Program-made: the position numbers and the translations under genes
Assembly: GCA_963665455.1 (NCBI GenBank)
Contig: OY762279.1
Coordinates: 4,443,492 to 4,507,491, forward strand
Source: Pseudomonadales bacterium
GTDB taxonomy: Bacteria > Pseudomonadota > Gammaproteobacteria > Pseudomonadales > Azotimanducaceae
Length of the DNA: 64,000 bases
Reading direction: 5' to 3'
Shown here: positions 54,947 to 63,402 of the stretch, in pieces
Numbering within the stretch: position 1 is the first letter of the stretch
How the letters are laid out: the number at the start of each line of letters is the position of its first letter
Notes under the pieces: generated by a model
What the model saw: the letters and a program-made list of their open reading frames with translations, nothing else
Databases searched by the model: none
What the model was told of the DNA's origin: nothing

Positions 54947-57900
54947 GCGGCGTCCTCCAGCCAGGCGGCCTGCACCCGGCGCCGCCGGAGCCGCTGCCGC
55001 AGGTTGATCCCGAACACGGCCAGCACGGCGATGACCGCGAGACCGTAGTTGACGTACTCCCAAACGCGCTGTTCGTTCTCCGGCATCGCCGGCAGGGTGC
55101 GGTTGAAATGGCCCCGGCTGCGGATGGTCATGAGGGCTTGGTCCTCGACCGCCCAGTCGACCAAGTTGGCGATGAGCTGGATCGAGTTCGAATACAGCGT
55201 GCCGTCCGCCGAGCCCACCATGCGGATCGTACGGTCCGCGACAAAGGCGCTCGACCCGATCACGATGAGGCGGGCGGACTCGGGCGAGCGTTCGATGACG
55301 CTCGTGATGGTCCCGATGTTCTCTTCTTCGTCTGCTTCCTCTTCGGCATCGTCGCCTTCCGGCCCCTCACCGTCTGCGTCGTCGCCCTCCGCTGCTGCGT
55401 CGTCCGCCCCTTCATCGCCGACGGCTTCTGCCGGCACCTCAAGCAACGGCGACTCCTCGAAGAACGAGTCGAAGCGCCCCTCGATGGCCACTGCCAACGT
55501 GTTCTCCCCGACCTCGCCCTCGGCGGCGAACGAACTCAAGCCCGTCTCGCTTATGCGGGGCATCACCTCGGTGGAGGACGAACGCCACGAGTCCGCGGAG
55601 CTTCGCAGCAACGTGCGCACGGTCCGCCCCGCATTGGCTTCATCGTCCACGTCCACGGGAGAGGCCCAGGCGACGGTCACCTGGGGCAGCTCCGCAGTGG
55701 CGGGGAAATCCGCATCGAGACCCTCCCCGCGCACGTCGACGAAGTACGGGTAGTCGAGCATCACCAAGTCCTGGAAGCTGAATCCGCCCACCTGCCGCCG
55801 CACCGGTACGGGGAACGCCGCGTTGTTCGGGTCCATCACGAAGGAGCGCTCGATGGTGACGCCGTGGTGGGCGAGCCAGTCGTCCAGTCCCGTGTTCTTG
55901 GGGGAGGCCATCAGGGACTGGCCCGTCGCCGTCACGTCGAAACCCCCGGCGGCGACAACGAGGGTGCCGCCCCGCATGAGGTACTGGTCGGCGGCGAACA
56001 ACGCTTCGTCGTCCAGATTCTCGGGATCGACGACGAGGAGAACGCCGGCGTCTCCAGGGATACCGCCGACGTCGAGGGTTGCCGACTCGATGTCGAAGTC
56101 CACCGCGAGGAACTGGCGCAGGTCCTCGTATTGGTTGCCGGGGGGCGTCGGCATCTGCTGCTGCATGTAGGGGTTCGGCGCGGCCGGCGCGTTCAGCGCC
56201 ACGGTCTGCAGGAGCCCCTCCGCGAACCGCTTGAGCCCCTCCTCCAGGCTGCGCGTGAGCCCGTCCGCGTCCATCGACTCCGGCAGCGCGGTCTGCACGA
56301 CCGTCTCGCCATCGGAGAGGGTCAGGTAGAAGTAGAACGTGTTGAGGTCGAACAAGCTCGCCGCCATGGGCGAGAAGCCGTAGTTCTCCGCAATCTCGGC
56401 GGCGAGCGCCCCGTCCCCGGCGTCCGGGTCGAGAATCTGGGTCGTGAGCTTGCCCCCCGACGTTTCCGCGAGTTCCGCCAGCACGCCGTCGAGCTCGCCC
56501 TTGAGTTCCACCAGCGCCGCCGGCAGGCGATCGTCCGCCGAGATGTACCCCGTGAACGTGATCGCGTCGCTGATGCTGTCGAAGATGCTGCCCCCGCCCT
56601 GGAAGCCGTACAACACCTTCTTGATGCTGCGGGTGAGGTCGTATTCCGGGTTGCGCAACTGCACGTCGAGGTCCGACTCGCCCTGCACCTTCACCTCGAT
56701 GAGATCCCGGAAACCGAGCACCTCGTACTCGTCGCCGTATTGCACGAGCACGTCGAAATAGGAGTTGACCAAGCTGGCCTGATAGCGGTCCGCGATCTGA
56801 AACGGGACAGCGCGGATGCCGTACTTGCTGTTCGCCTCGTCCTCGAGCTCCGGCTCGTCCGCCGGGTCGATGAACTCAAGGCGCAGGCGACCGTCCGACG
56901 CCACCTCGTACTCCCGCAGCAAGTCCTTGATCTGCGGCACCAAGGGCTGGAGGAGCGGGTGCGTCTTGGCGCTGAAGTAGCCCCGCAGCAACAGCGGCTC
57001 CCGCAGCTGCGCCAGATACGACCGCGTCGCTTCCGAGATCGTGTATTGCCGGCCCTCCGTCATGTCGAGGCGCGGCAGGTTGAGGCCCCCGAGCCACACG
57101 TTGGCGACGACGAAGTTGAGCGCCACGAGCGCCGTGACGCGCTGGCGCGCACGATGCCGCGCCGGGGAGCCGTCCGCCGCCCAGCCGTGGCTCTCCAGCG
57201 CGTGGACGTTCAGCACGAGGAACACGCCGACGATGGAGACGTAGTAGTAGAGGTCGCCGAGATCGAGCACGCCGCGGACGATGGACTCGAATCGGGCGCC
57301 GGTGCCGAGGCTGCGCAGCACGTCGCCGATCTCGCTCGTGAACAGCTCGGCAACGAACGGGCTACCCACCAGATAGAGCACCCCGCAGCCGAACGTCGCC
57401 AGAATGAGCGCGACGATCTGGTTGTCCGTGCGGGCGCTGACGTAGAGGCCCACCGAGACGTAGGCCGCGCCCAGCAATGCCGCCGCGACGTAGCCGGCCA
57501 ACACCGGGCCCCAGTCCAGATCACCGATCAACGCCACGGTGACCGCGAGGGGCAGCGTCATCGCGAGGGCGATCACGAGCAGCGCCCAGCACGCCGCGAA
57601 CTTGCCGAGCACGAAACGCCAGGCGCTCGCCGGCACGGTAATGACGAACTCGAGGGTTCCCACCCGGCGCTCGTCGCTCCACATGCGCATGGTCAGGGCC
57701 GCCGACAGGAAGATGAGCAGGATCGGCAACCACTCGAACATGGGCCGCACGTCGGCGATGTTCCGGGCGAAGAACGCCTCGCCCCAGAAGAACACGAACA
57801 GGGTGACGCCGAGATAGGCCGCGAGGAACAGGTAGCCGATGGGCGACCCGAAGAAGAGCGCGAACTCCTTGCGCGCGATGGCGCCGGCGGTGTCAAGCAT
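54943..57900 (-). CDS. fused ABC-2 permease (GldF-like) and GldG-like extracytoplasmic domain protein
   Basis: N-terminal ABC-2 membrane domain (...FFGSPIGYLFLAAYLGVTLFVFF...), a large soluble region, and a C-terminal TM. ATG 57900 overlaps the ATPase stop by 8 nt. Confidence 0.75.
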   Translation of the reverse strand: MLDTAGAIARKEFALFFGSPIGYLFLAAYLGVTLFVFFWGEAFFARNIADVRPMFEWLPILLIFLSAALTMRMWSDERRVGTLEFVITVPASAWRFVLGKFAACWALLVIALAMTLPLAVTVALIGDLDWGPVLAGYVAAALLGAAYVSVGLYVSARTDNQIVALILATFGCGVLYLVGSPFVAELFTSEIGDVLRSLGTGARFESIVRGVLDLGDLYYYVSIVGVFLVLNVHALESHGWAADGSPARHRARQRVTALVALNFVVANVWLGGLNLPRLDMTEGRQYTISEATRSYLAQLREPLLLRGYFSAKTHPLLQPLVPQIKDLLREYEVASDGRLRLEFIDPADEPELEDEANSKYGIRAVPFQIADRYQASLVNSYFDVLVQYGDEYEVLGFRDLIEVKVQGESDLDVQLRNPEYDLTRSIKKVLYGFQGGGSIFDSISDAITFTGYISADDRLPAALVELKGELDGVLAELAETSGGKLTTQILDPDAGDGALAAEIAENYGFSPMAASLFDLNTFYFYLTLSDGETVVQTALPESMDADGLTRSLEEGLKRFAEGLLQTVALNAPAAPNPYMQQQMPTPPGNQYEDLRQFLAVDFDIESATLDVGGIPGDAGVLLVVDPENLDDEALFAADQYLMRGGTLVVAAGGFDVTATGQSLMASPKNTGLDDWLAHHGVTIERSFVMDPNNAAFPVPVRRQVGGFSFQDLVMLDYPYFVDVRGEGLDADFPATAELPQVTVAWASPVDVDDEANAGRTVRTLLRSSADSWRSSSTEVMPRISETGLSSFAAEGEVGENTLAVAIEGRFDSFFEESPLLEVPAEAVGDEGADDAAAEGDDADGEGPEGDDAEEEADEEENIGTITSVIERSPESARLIVIGSSAFVADRTIRMVGSADGTLYSNSIQLIANLVDWAVEDQALMTIRSRGHFNRTLPAMPENEQRVWEYVNYGLAVIAVLAVFGINLRQRLRRRRVQAAWLEDAA

Positions 57901-58813
57901 GGATCTCACCTCCGGCACTCACTTCCCGGAACACGGATTCGAGATCGCGTTGCTCCGGGTGCAGGGCGTGAAACGCGATACCGCCCTCCACCAGCCGCTT
58001 CGCAACGTCCGCAGAGACCGTCTCGTCCACGGATGCCTCGAAGGATAGGAACGCTCCCTGGCCCCCGTCGTCTCCCGCGACTCGGGCGAGGTCTCCCACG
58101 GCCGCCTGCACGGCTTCCAAGGACGCGTGCGTTCCCAAGTGCAGACGCTGACCGCGTTGCAGATCGGCCAGCTTGCTGTCGAGGGCCAGCCGGCCGGCCC
58201 GCAGGATCATCACCCGGTCACAGACCGCGTCCACCTCCTGCATGATGTGGGTCGAGAGGATCACCGTGGCGTCCCGGGCGAGTTGCCGGATCAGGTTGCG
58301 CATGCCCTCGGTCTGCGCGGGATCGAGCCCGCTGGTGGGCTCGTCGAGGATGAGAAAGCGCGGTTCGTGCACGATGGCCTGGGCGACGCCGACCCGCTGC
58401 CGGTAGCCCCGGGACAGCGTTCCGATGACGTCGAGGGCGCGGTCCCCGAGGCCGGTTGCCTCCACCGTCCGACGGATCGCCGCCGGTCGCTCGCCCTGCG
58501 GGACGCCGCGCACGGTGGCCGCTAAATCGAGATAGTCGAGGACCTCCATGTCCAGGTACAGGGGCACGCTTTCCGGCAGATAGCCGATCTTGCGCTGCAC
58601 CTCCGACGCATGCTCCGTCACGTCCTGGCCGTCGATGGCGGCCGCGCCCGCGCTCGGCTCGAGGTAGCCGGTCAGAATCTTCATGACCGTCGTCTTGCCG
58701 GCGCCGTTGTGGCCGAGCAGTCCCACGATCTCCCCGTGGCCGATTTGGAAGCTCACCGCGTCCACCGCCACGTTGTCGCCGAAGCGACGTGTCAGGTCTT
58801 GGGCTTCGATCAC
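57893..58813 (-). CDS. ABC transporter ATP-binding protein
   Basis: Walker A GHNGAGKTT, signature LSRGYRQR, Walker B FLILDEPT. Confidence 0.9.
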   Translation of the reverse strand: MIEAQDLTRRFGDNVAVDAVSFQIGHGEIVGLLGHNGAGKTTVMKILTGYLEPSAGAAAIDGQDVTEHASEVQRKIGYLPESVPLYLDMEVLDYLDLAATVRGVPQGERPAAIRRTVEATGLGDRALDVIGTLSRGYRQRVGVAQAIVHEPRFLILDEPTSGLDPAQTEGMRNLIRQLARDATVILSTHIMQEVDAVCDRVMILRAGRLALDSKLADLQRGQRLHLGTHASLEAVQAAVGDLARVAGDDGGQGAFLSFEASVDETVSADVAKRLVEGGIAFHALHPEQRDLESVFREVSAGGEIHA

Positions 58814-59083
58814 CTTCCGAAGTCCTTGTCATCGCTCATTTGCGGGTGCCCCGGGTCCGGGGCGGCACATATTCTTAGGAGAAGCGGGGGGAAGATCAAG
58901 TATGGTTCCTGATCGCCGGTTAAGGACTCCGACACCGCCGTCTGCGGCGAAATTCGGAGACGAATCCGTGGCGGAACGCGGCGGCAGGGCTCGGGTTCGC
59001 CACGTGGGCGGCGGGATGCTGTTGGGATGTACAGCTTTTGCGCGGCCCGCGCGTATGCGGCGGGCGGAACGGTAAGCGCGCGG

Positions 59084-59500
59084 TCAGCTATGGCTCTCGA
59101 ACGGGCTCAAGTGCGGAACCCCCATCCTCTCGAAGTGCTTCCGGTCTCGCGTGACGACGACCAAATCTCGCTCAAGCGCTGTCGCCGCGATCAAACCATC
59201 GACGGCAGGAACGGGGTCGGGCGTTCCCAGCGTCCCCCACCGCTCCGCGATGGCCTTGTCGACACCGACGATCCGATCACGAAACTCGATGGATGTCCGT
59301 GCGAGCCAGCTAGCCAACACGCGCGCCGTGGCCGGATCCCTTCGCCGCACCCGTTCCACACCCCGTCGCAGTTCACCAATGGTGAGAACGCTCAGGAACA
59401 ACTCGCCAGGTCTCCGTCGTCGCAACCAAGCAACCACGTTGGGGTTCGCTCGCCGTTTGCGCAGTTCCGACACGACGTTCGTGTCGAGGAGATAGCTCAC
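59084..59500 (-). CDS. vapC: PIN-domain toxin VapC/FitB-like
   Basis: SYLLDTNVVSELRK...IAATALERDLVVVTRDRKHF. GTGA overlap with the upstream antitoxin. Confidence 0.85.
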   Translation of the reverse strand: MSYLLDTNVVSELRKRRANPNVVAWLRRRRPGELFLSVLTIGELRRGVERVRRRDPATARVLASWLARTSIEFRDRIVGVDKAIAERWGTLGTPDPVPAVDGLIAATALERDLVVVTRDRKHFERMGVPHLSPFESHS

Positions 59501-59763
59501 AGTCCGACATCGCGCGGCGGCGATGGGTCGCGAGCAAAGTCCGCATCGTCACCGATGTCCGGCATGGCGAGCAGGTGCTCGACGAACGCATCCGGACGGG
59601 ACTTCCCACTTCCCTCGGAAGCTGACCGTGACTGATCGGCCTCCCGTTTCGCCTCTGCGGCGTCCAGAGCCTTCGAGAGCGCCGAGTCAGCCGTGTCCCG
59701 CAAGGGTTCGGCCCAAGCCTTCAGGCGTTCGATTGTTTCGTCGGAGACACGGATAACGGGCAT
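59497..59763 (-). CDS. vapB: type II antitoxin (VapB/FitA-like)
   Basis: 88 aa, placed directly upstream of and overlapping vapC. The C-terminal ...PDIGDDADFARDPSPPRDVGL resembles toxin-binding tails. Confidence 0.55.
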   Translation of the reverse strand: MPVIRVSDETIERLKAWAEPLRDTADSALSKALDAAEAKREADQSRSASEGSGKSRPDAFVEHLLAMPDIGDDADFARDPSPPRDVGL

Positions 59764-59890
59764 CGGAAAGCACGTAACTTCGTAACATATCCACTAAAGT
59801 AACGGGACATCCGAGGCGTGTCAATATCGCGCCGGGGGGCATGTCGCGCCGGGGCAGCCTCATGGAGCACCTTCCAGAGGCGGTTGCCGA

Positions 59891-61147
59891 CTACTTCATG
59901 CGATAACGGACCGGCAGGCTCTTCAGGCCACCCACGAAGGTAGACTGGGAATAGAGCGGCTCGCCGTTCAGTTCGAAGTCGTCCACGCGCCGGAATAGCT
60001 CCTTGTAGAACGCCCCCATCTCCATCCGCGCCAGATGCTGTCCGAGGCACACGTGCGCGCCGAAGCCGAACGCGAGATGGTTCATGGGCCGGTCGATGCG
60101 GAACTCGAAGGGCGCGTCGAAGGCGGCCTCGTCCCGGTTCGCCGACGGATACCAGAGGACGCAAGACTCCCCTGCCGCGATGTCCACCCCCCCGACCGTG
60201 CAGTCCGCCGTGGCGGTACGCGTGAACTGCCGCACCGGCGACACCCAACGAATGATCTCGTTCAACGCCGTCTGCAGGTGCGCGTCCGGGTCCGCACGGA
60301 AACGGTCCATCTCGTCCGGGTGTTCGACGAATGCGAGCAGGCCCCCCGCCGTCGCCGAACTCGTGGTGTCGTGGCCGGCCGTCGCCACGATCATGTAGTA
60401 GCTGTTGCTCTCGTGCTCGGGCAGCGCCTCGCCGTCGATGCGGGCGTTGGCGATCACGCTCGCCACGTCGTCCGTGGGGTACGCGCGCCGCTGCCGGCTG
60501 AGTTCGGAGAAGTAGTCCTCGAAATCGCGCACGACATCGACCAGCGACATCGGTTCGAAGGAACGCTGGGTGTCCGGGTCCGACGAGCCGAACAACTCCT
60601 GGGTCAGCTTCAGCATCAGCGGCTCGTCGCTCTCCGGGACGCCGAGGATCGACATGATCACCCGCAGCGGATACCACATGGCGATGTCCTTCAGGAAGTC
60701 GCACTCGCCGCCGAGTTCCCCGAGCCGATCCACGTACTCGACCGCGAGCTCGTCGATGCGCCCCGCCAGCCGCCGGAGGTTCTCGCCCCGGAACCACTGC
60801 TGCGTGAGCGCGCGGTATCGGGCGTGGTCGGGATCGTCCATTTGCACCAGCGAGCGGACGAGGTGCCGGCGGCCGACCAATTGCTCCACCAAACCTTCCA
60901 GCATCTTCGGTCCCAAGATCGGGCGCGGATCGTTGATGAAGAGCTTGCTGTCGGCCTCGACCGCCTTGACGTCGGCGTGCCGAGACAGCGACCAGAACGG
61001 GTCGTAGCCATTCGGCGCCATCCGGCGGACGGGATCGTTCGCGCGCAACCACTCGAACTGGGCGTGCACCCAGGCTTCGTCGCCCCAGTTGGCGGTATCG
61101 ACGAGACCGTCGTCGAGTTCGGGGGACTCAGTGAGCACGTCGGGCAT
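59891..61147 (-). CDS. cytochrome P450
   Basis: Heme-binding loop FGFGAHVCLGQHL. ATG 61147 after AAGGAG. Confidence 0.9.
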   Translation of the reverse strand: MPDVLTESPELDDGLVDTANWGDEAWVHAQFEWLRANDPVRRMAPNGYDPFWSLSRHADVKAVEADSKLFINDPRPILGPKMLEGLVEQLVGRRHLVRSLVQMDDPDHARYRALTQQWFRGENLRRLAGRIDELAVEYVDRLGELGGECDFLKDIAMWYPLRVIMSILGVPESDEPLMLKLTQELFGSSDPDTQRSFEPMSLVDVVRDFEDYFSELSRQRRAYPTDDVASVIANARIDGEALPEHESNSYYMIVATAGHDTTSSATAGGLLAFVEHPDEMDRFRADPDAHLQTALNEIIRWVSPVRQFTRTATADCTVGGVDIAAGESCVLWYPSANRDEAAFDAPFEFRIDRPMNHLAFGFGAHVCLGQHLARMEMGAFYKELFRRVDDFELNGEPLYSQSTFVGGLKSLPVRYRMK

Positions 61148-61205
61148 CAGAAACTCCTTTCGCACCATGCTTCCGGGAAACACCGGGCACCTCGCAGGCC
61201 AAAGC

Positions 61206-61265
61206 TAGCGCCCCGCAACCGTCGCCTACGGCTCCGCTCGCGGCCCAGTCCCTCCGGCCTACGCG
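61206..61265. repeat. second copy of the 60-nt REP-like repeat
   Basis: TAGCGCCCCGCAACCGTCGCCTACGGCTCCGCTCGCGGCCCAGTCCCTCCGGCCTACGCG matches 58 of 60 nt of the reverse complement of 51401-51460. Confidence 0.5.
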
Positions 61266-61558
61266 CCCGCGGCGCTGACCACAAGAAGCGTCGTCACGGC
61301 GTCGAAGCCTCGGACACGCTCCGAATAGACGGCCGTGCGCGCCAGTTGCCCAAGTTCCCGGTCGAGCTCCTGTTTGAGCCTCTTCCGCTCTCTGCCACGC
61401 CGAACAAGCGTGTCGTAGGGCTCGGCCAACGCGTACGCCGGAACCCGTAGCTCGATATCACCCCGCTCGGCAAGCTTCAATATCTCGTCGCAGCTATCCG
61501 CCCATCGCTGCAACAAGGCGAGTTCCAGAACGAAGTTCGACTCGACGTAGACCTTCAC
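61259..61558 (-). CDS. hypothetical protein, N-terminal half of a PIN-like fold, apparently truncated
   Basis: KVYVESNFVLELALL...ELRVPAYALAEPYDTL resembles the first two PIN acidic blocks, and the C-terminal blocks are absent. The last codons and the stop lie inside the 60-nt repeat. GTGA overlap with the upstream gene. Confidence 0.35.
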   Translation of the reverse strand: MKVYVESNFVLELALLQRWADSCDEILKLAERGDIELRVPAYALAEPYDTLVRRGRERKRLKQELDRELGQLARTAVYSERVRGFDAVTTLLVVSAAGA

Positions 61559-62040
61559 AGTGCCACTTCATGCTCGACGTGTCCATCGACCACGGCAGCA
61601 CGAAAGCCCGATTCATCTAACCATTCCTGGCCTGCGGCAGCCTGCTCGGGACGACGCCATGTCAGGTCGCTAAACCAACCGGAGACCAGCATCTCGAAGG
61701 CCGGCCCCGTCACGTTGGCAGGGTCGATTCCCGCCCTCTCGAAATAGGGCGCGAACGTCGGCGCACAGTCGGCCTCGTACGTCGGCGGCAGCTCCACGGG
61801 CTCATTGCCCACGTCCTTCCAAACGTAGAGGCGATCCGGAGTGACCATCAAGAAGAAGTCCCATCGGCCCACCAACCCATGCGCCAACATGTTCCGCCGG
61901 GTACGCGCTGCCCACTCGCCGGAGGTATCCCTCAGATTCTTGACTTCGACGACGGCCACCAGTTGACCCTTCCCGTCGTACAGGCCGAGATCCACTCGAA
62001 GCGGCATTTCGTCGATCACCAATCGTTGTCGGTCGGTCAT
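61555..62040 (-). CDS. hypothetical PD-(D/E)XK-like (HsdR N-terminal-domain-like) protein
   Basis: RVDLGLYDGKGQLVAVVEVKN gives a D...E-x-K arrangement; 161 aa. Confidence 0.4.
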   Translation of the reverse strand: MTDRQRLVIDEMPLRVDLGLYDGKGQLVAVVEVKNLRDTSGEWAARTRRNMLAHGLVGRWDFFLMVTPDRLYVWKDVGNEPVELPPTYEADCAPTFAPYFERAGIDPANVTGPAFEMLVSGWFSDLTWRRPEQAAAGQEWLDESGFRAAVVDGHVEHEVAL

Positions 62041-62079
62041 TGTCCGGCGCTCGCCGGGTGGCGGTCAACGTGCGCCCGC

Positions 62080-63333
62080 TCAATCCCCGTCGGCGGCGGC
62101 TTCGGCTGCCTCCTTGTCCATGGTCGCCGTCACGTCGGCGATAAAGGCCGGCCGCCGCTCGTCCGCCTGCTGCATCGCCTCGGCCGCCCGCTTGTTCTCC
62201 GCGATCTTGCTCATGATCGCCGCGCCGGCGCGATTCCAGACGTCGCGATGATCGATGACGAAGCGGTTCGACTCTTGGTAGCCCTCCAGCATCCCGTTCG
62301 TCTCCGGGATCACGTAGCGGGCCACGAGATCGTAGCTGCGCAGCGTGTCCTCCCGGTTCGCCCAGTCGTGGGCGAAGGCGATGACGGCACCGAAGCCGCC
62401 GGTCAACTCCTGGAGCTCCCGGATGCGCGCCACGAGATCGTCCGGCGTGCCGACGATGTTGATGGGGTTCTCGCCCCAGGCCGTGGCCTCCACCGCCTCT
62501 TCGGGGGTCTTGTAGATCGCGCCCGCCCCGGCCGCCAGCGTGCCGACCAGATAGTCGTTGCTGTGGTGCAGCAGGCCCGGGCCGGCTTGCCGCAACGCCT
62601 CTTCGCGGGACTCCGCGATGTGCCAGGAGAGCACCAAGCGCCAGTTCGCCCGGTCCACCGTGCCGCCGTTCTCGGCGGCGGACTCCTCCGCGAAGCTCCA
62701 CTGCAGCGGGAGGGCCTGGATGCCGGCCGTGGTGGTCGAGCCGATCGACAGCACACCCGTGCTGTGCTTGCCGGCGAGCGTCATGCCCGAGGGCGAGATC
62801 AGGGACGCCACCGCGAACTCCATCTCTTCCTGCAGCGGCAGCAACTGCAACTTGGCGTCGCGCAGCGTGAACCAATCGCTCTCGTGGTCGAAGCGCTCCT
62901 CGCCGGAGAGCAGCCGCTTGATGACCCCCATCGCCTCGTCCTGCCGGTCCCGCAGCAGCATCGGATCGACGCCGAGCGTGTGGGCGTCCGACGGTAGCGC
63001 GCCCGGGCCGGAACCGAAGATGACGCGCCCGCGGCTCTGGTGGTCCAGCTGCACCAGGCGTTGCGCCACCATGAAGGGATGGTGGTAGGGCAGCGACACC
63101 ACGCCCGTGCCGAGCTTGATGGTGGACGTGCGCTCCGCGGCCGCCGCCAGGAACAGTTCGGGCGACGCGATGACCTCCCACCCCGTCGAGTGGTGTTCGC
63201 CGCACCAGAACTCGTCGTAGCCGAGGCGCTCCAGGTGCGCGACCAGCTCCAGATCGCTCTGCAGCTGCAACGTCGGGTGCTCGCCGATGGGATGGTGCGG
63301 CGCCAGGAACGCCCCGAACTTGAGCCGAGTCAT
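62080..63333 (-). CDS. LLM-class (luciferase-like) flavin-dependent monooxygenase
   Basis: MTRLKFGAFLAPHHPIGEHP...LGYDEFWCGEHHS...IKLGTGVVSLPYHHP. Confidence 0.85.
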   Translation of the reverse strand: MTRLKFGAFLAPHHPIGEHPTLQLQSDLELVAHLERLGYDEFWCGEHHSTGWEVIASPELFLAAAAERTSTIKLGTGVVSLPYHHPFMVAQRLVQLDHQSRGRVIFGSGPGALPSDAHTLGVDPMLLRDRQDEAMGVIKRLLSGEERFDHESDWFTLRDAKLQLLPLQEEMEFAVASLISPSGMTLAGKHSTGVLSIGSTTTAGIQALPLQWSFAEESAAENGGTVDRANWRLVLSWHIAESREEALRQAGPGLLHHSNDYLVGTLAAGAGAIYKTPEEAVEATAWGENPINIVGTPDDLVARIRELQELTGGFGAVIAFAHDWANREDTLRSYDLVARYVIPETNGMLEGYQESNRFVIDHRDVWNRAGAAIMSKIAENKRAAEAMQQADERRPAFIADVTATMDKEAAEAAADGD

Positions 63334-63402
63334 GCGGTTCTCCCCTGCGTGATGCGTGGCGGGAGATTGCCACAGTTGGGGGGCGGGCGGAAAATCGCCC
63401 GA

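Noticed and set aside
55108-58245. Very long track ORFs such as 55108..58245 (1045 aa), 23321..25666 (781 aa), 35154..37346 (730 aa), 29873..31951 (692 aa), 61802..63619 (605 aa) and 99..1697 (532 aa).
   Set aside because: They are Arg/Pro/Gly/Ala-rich with no recognisable motifs. Each lies antisense to, or out of frame with, a gene that has clear family signatures. This is typical of open frames in high-GC DNA.
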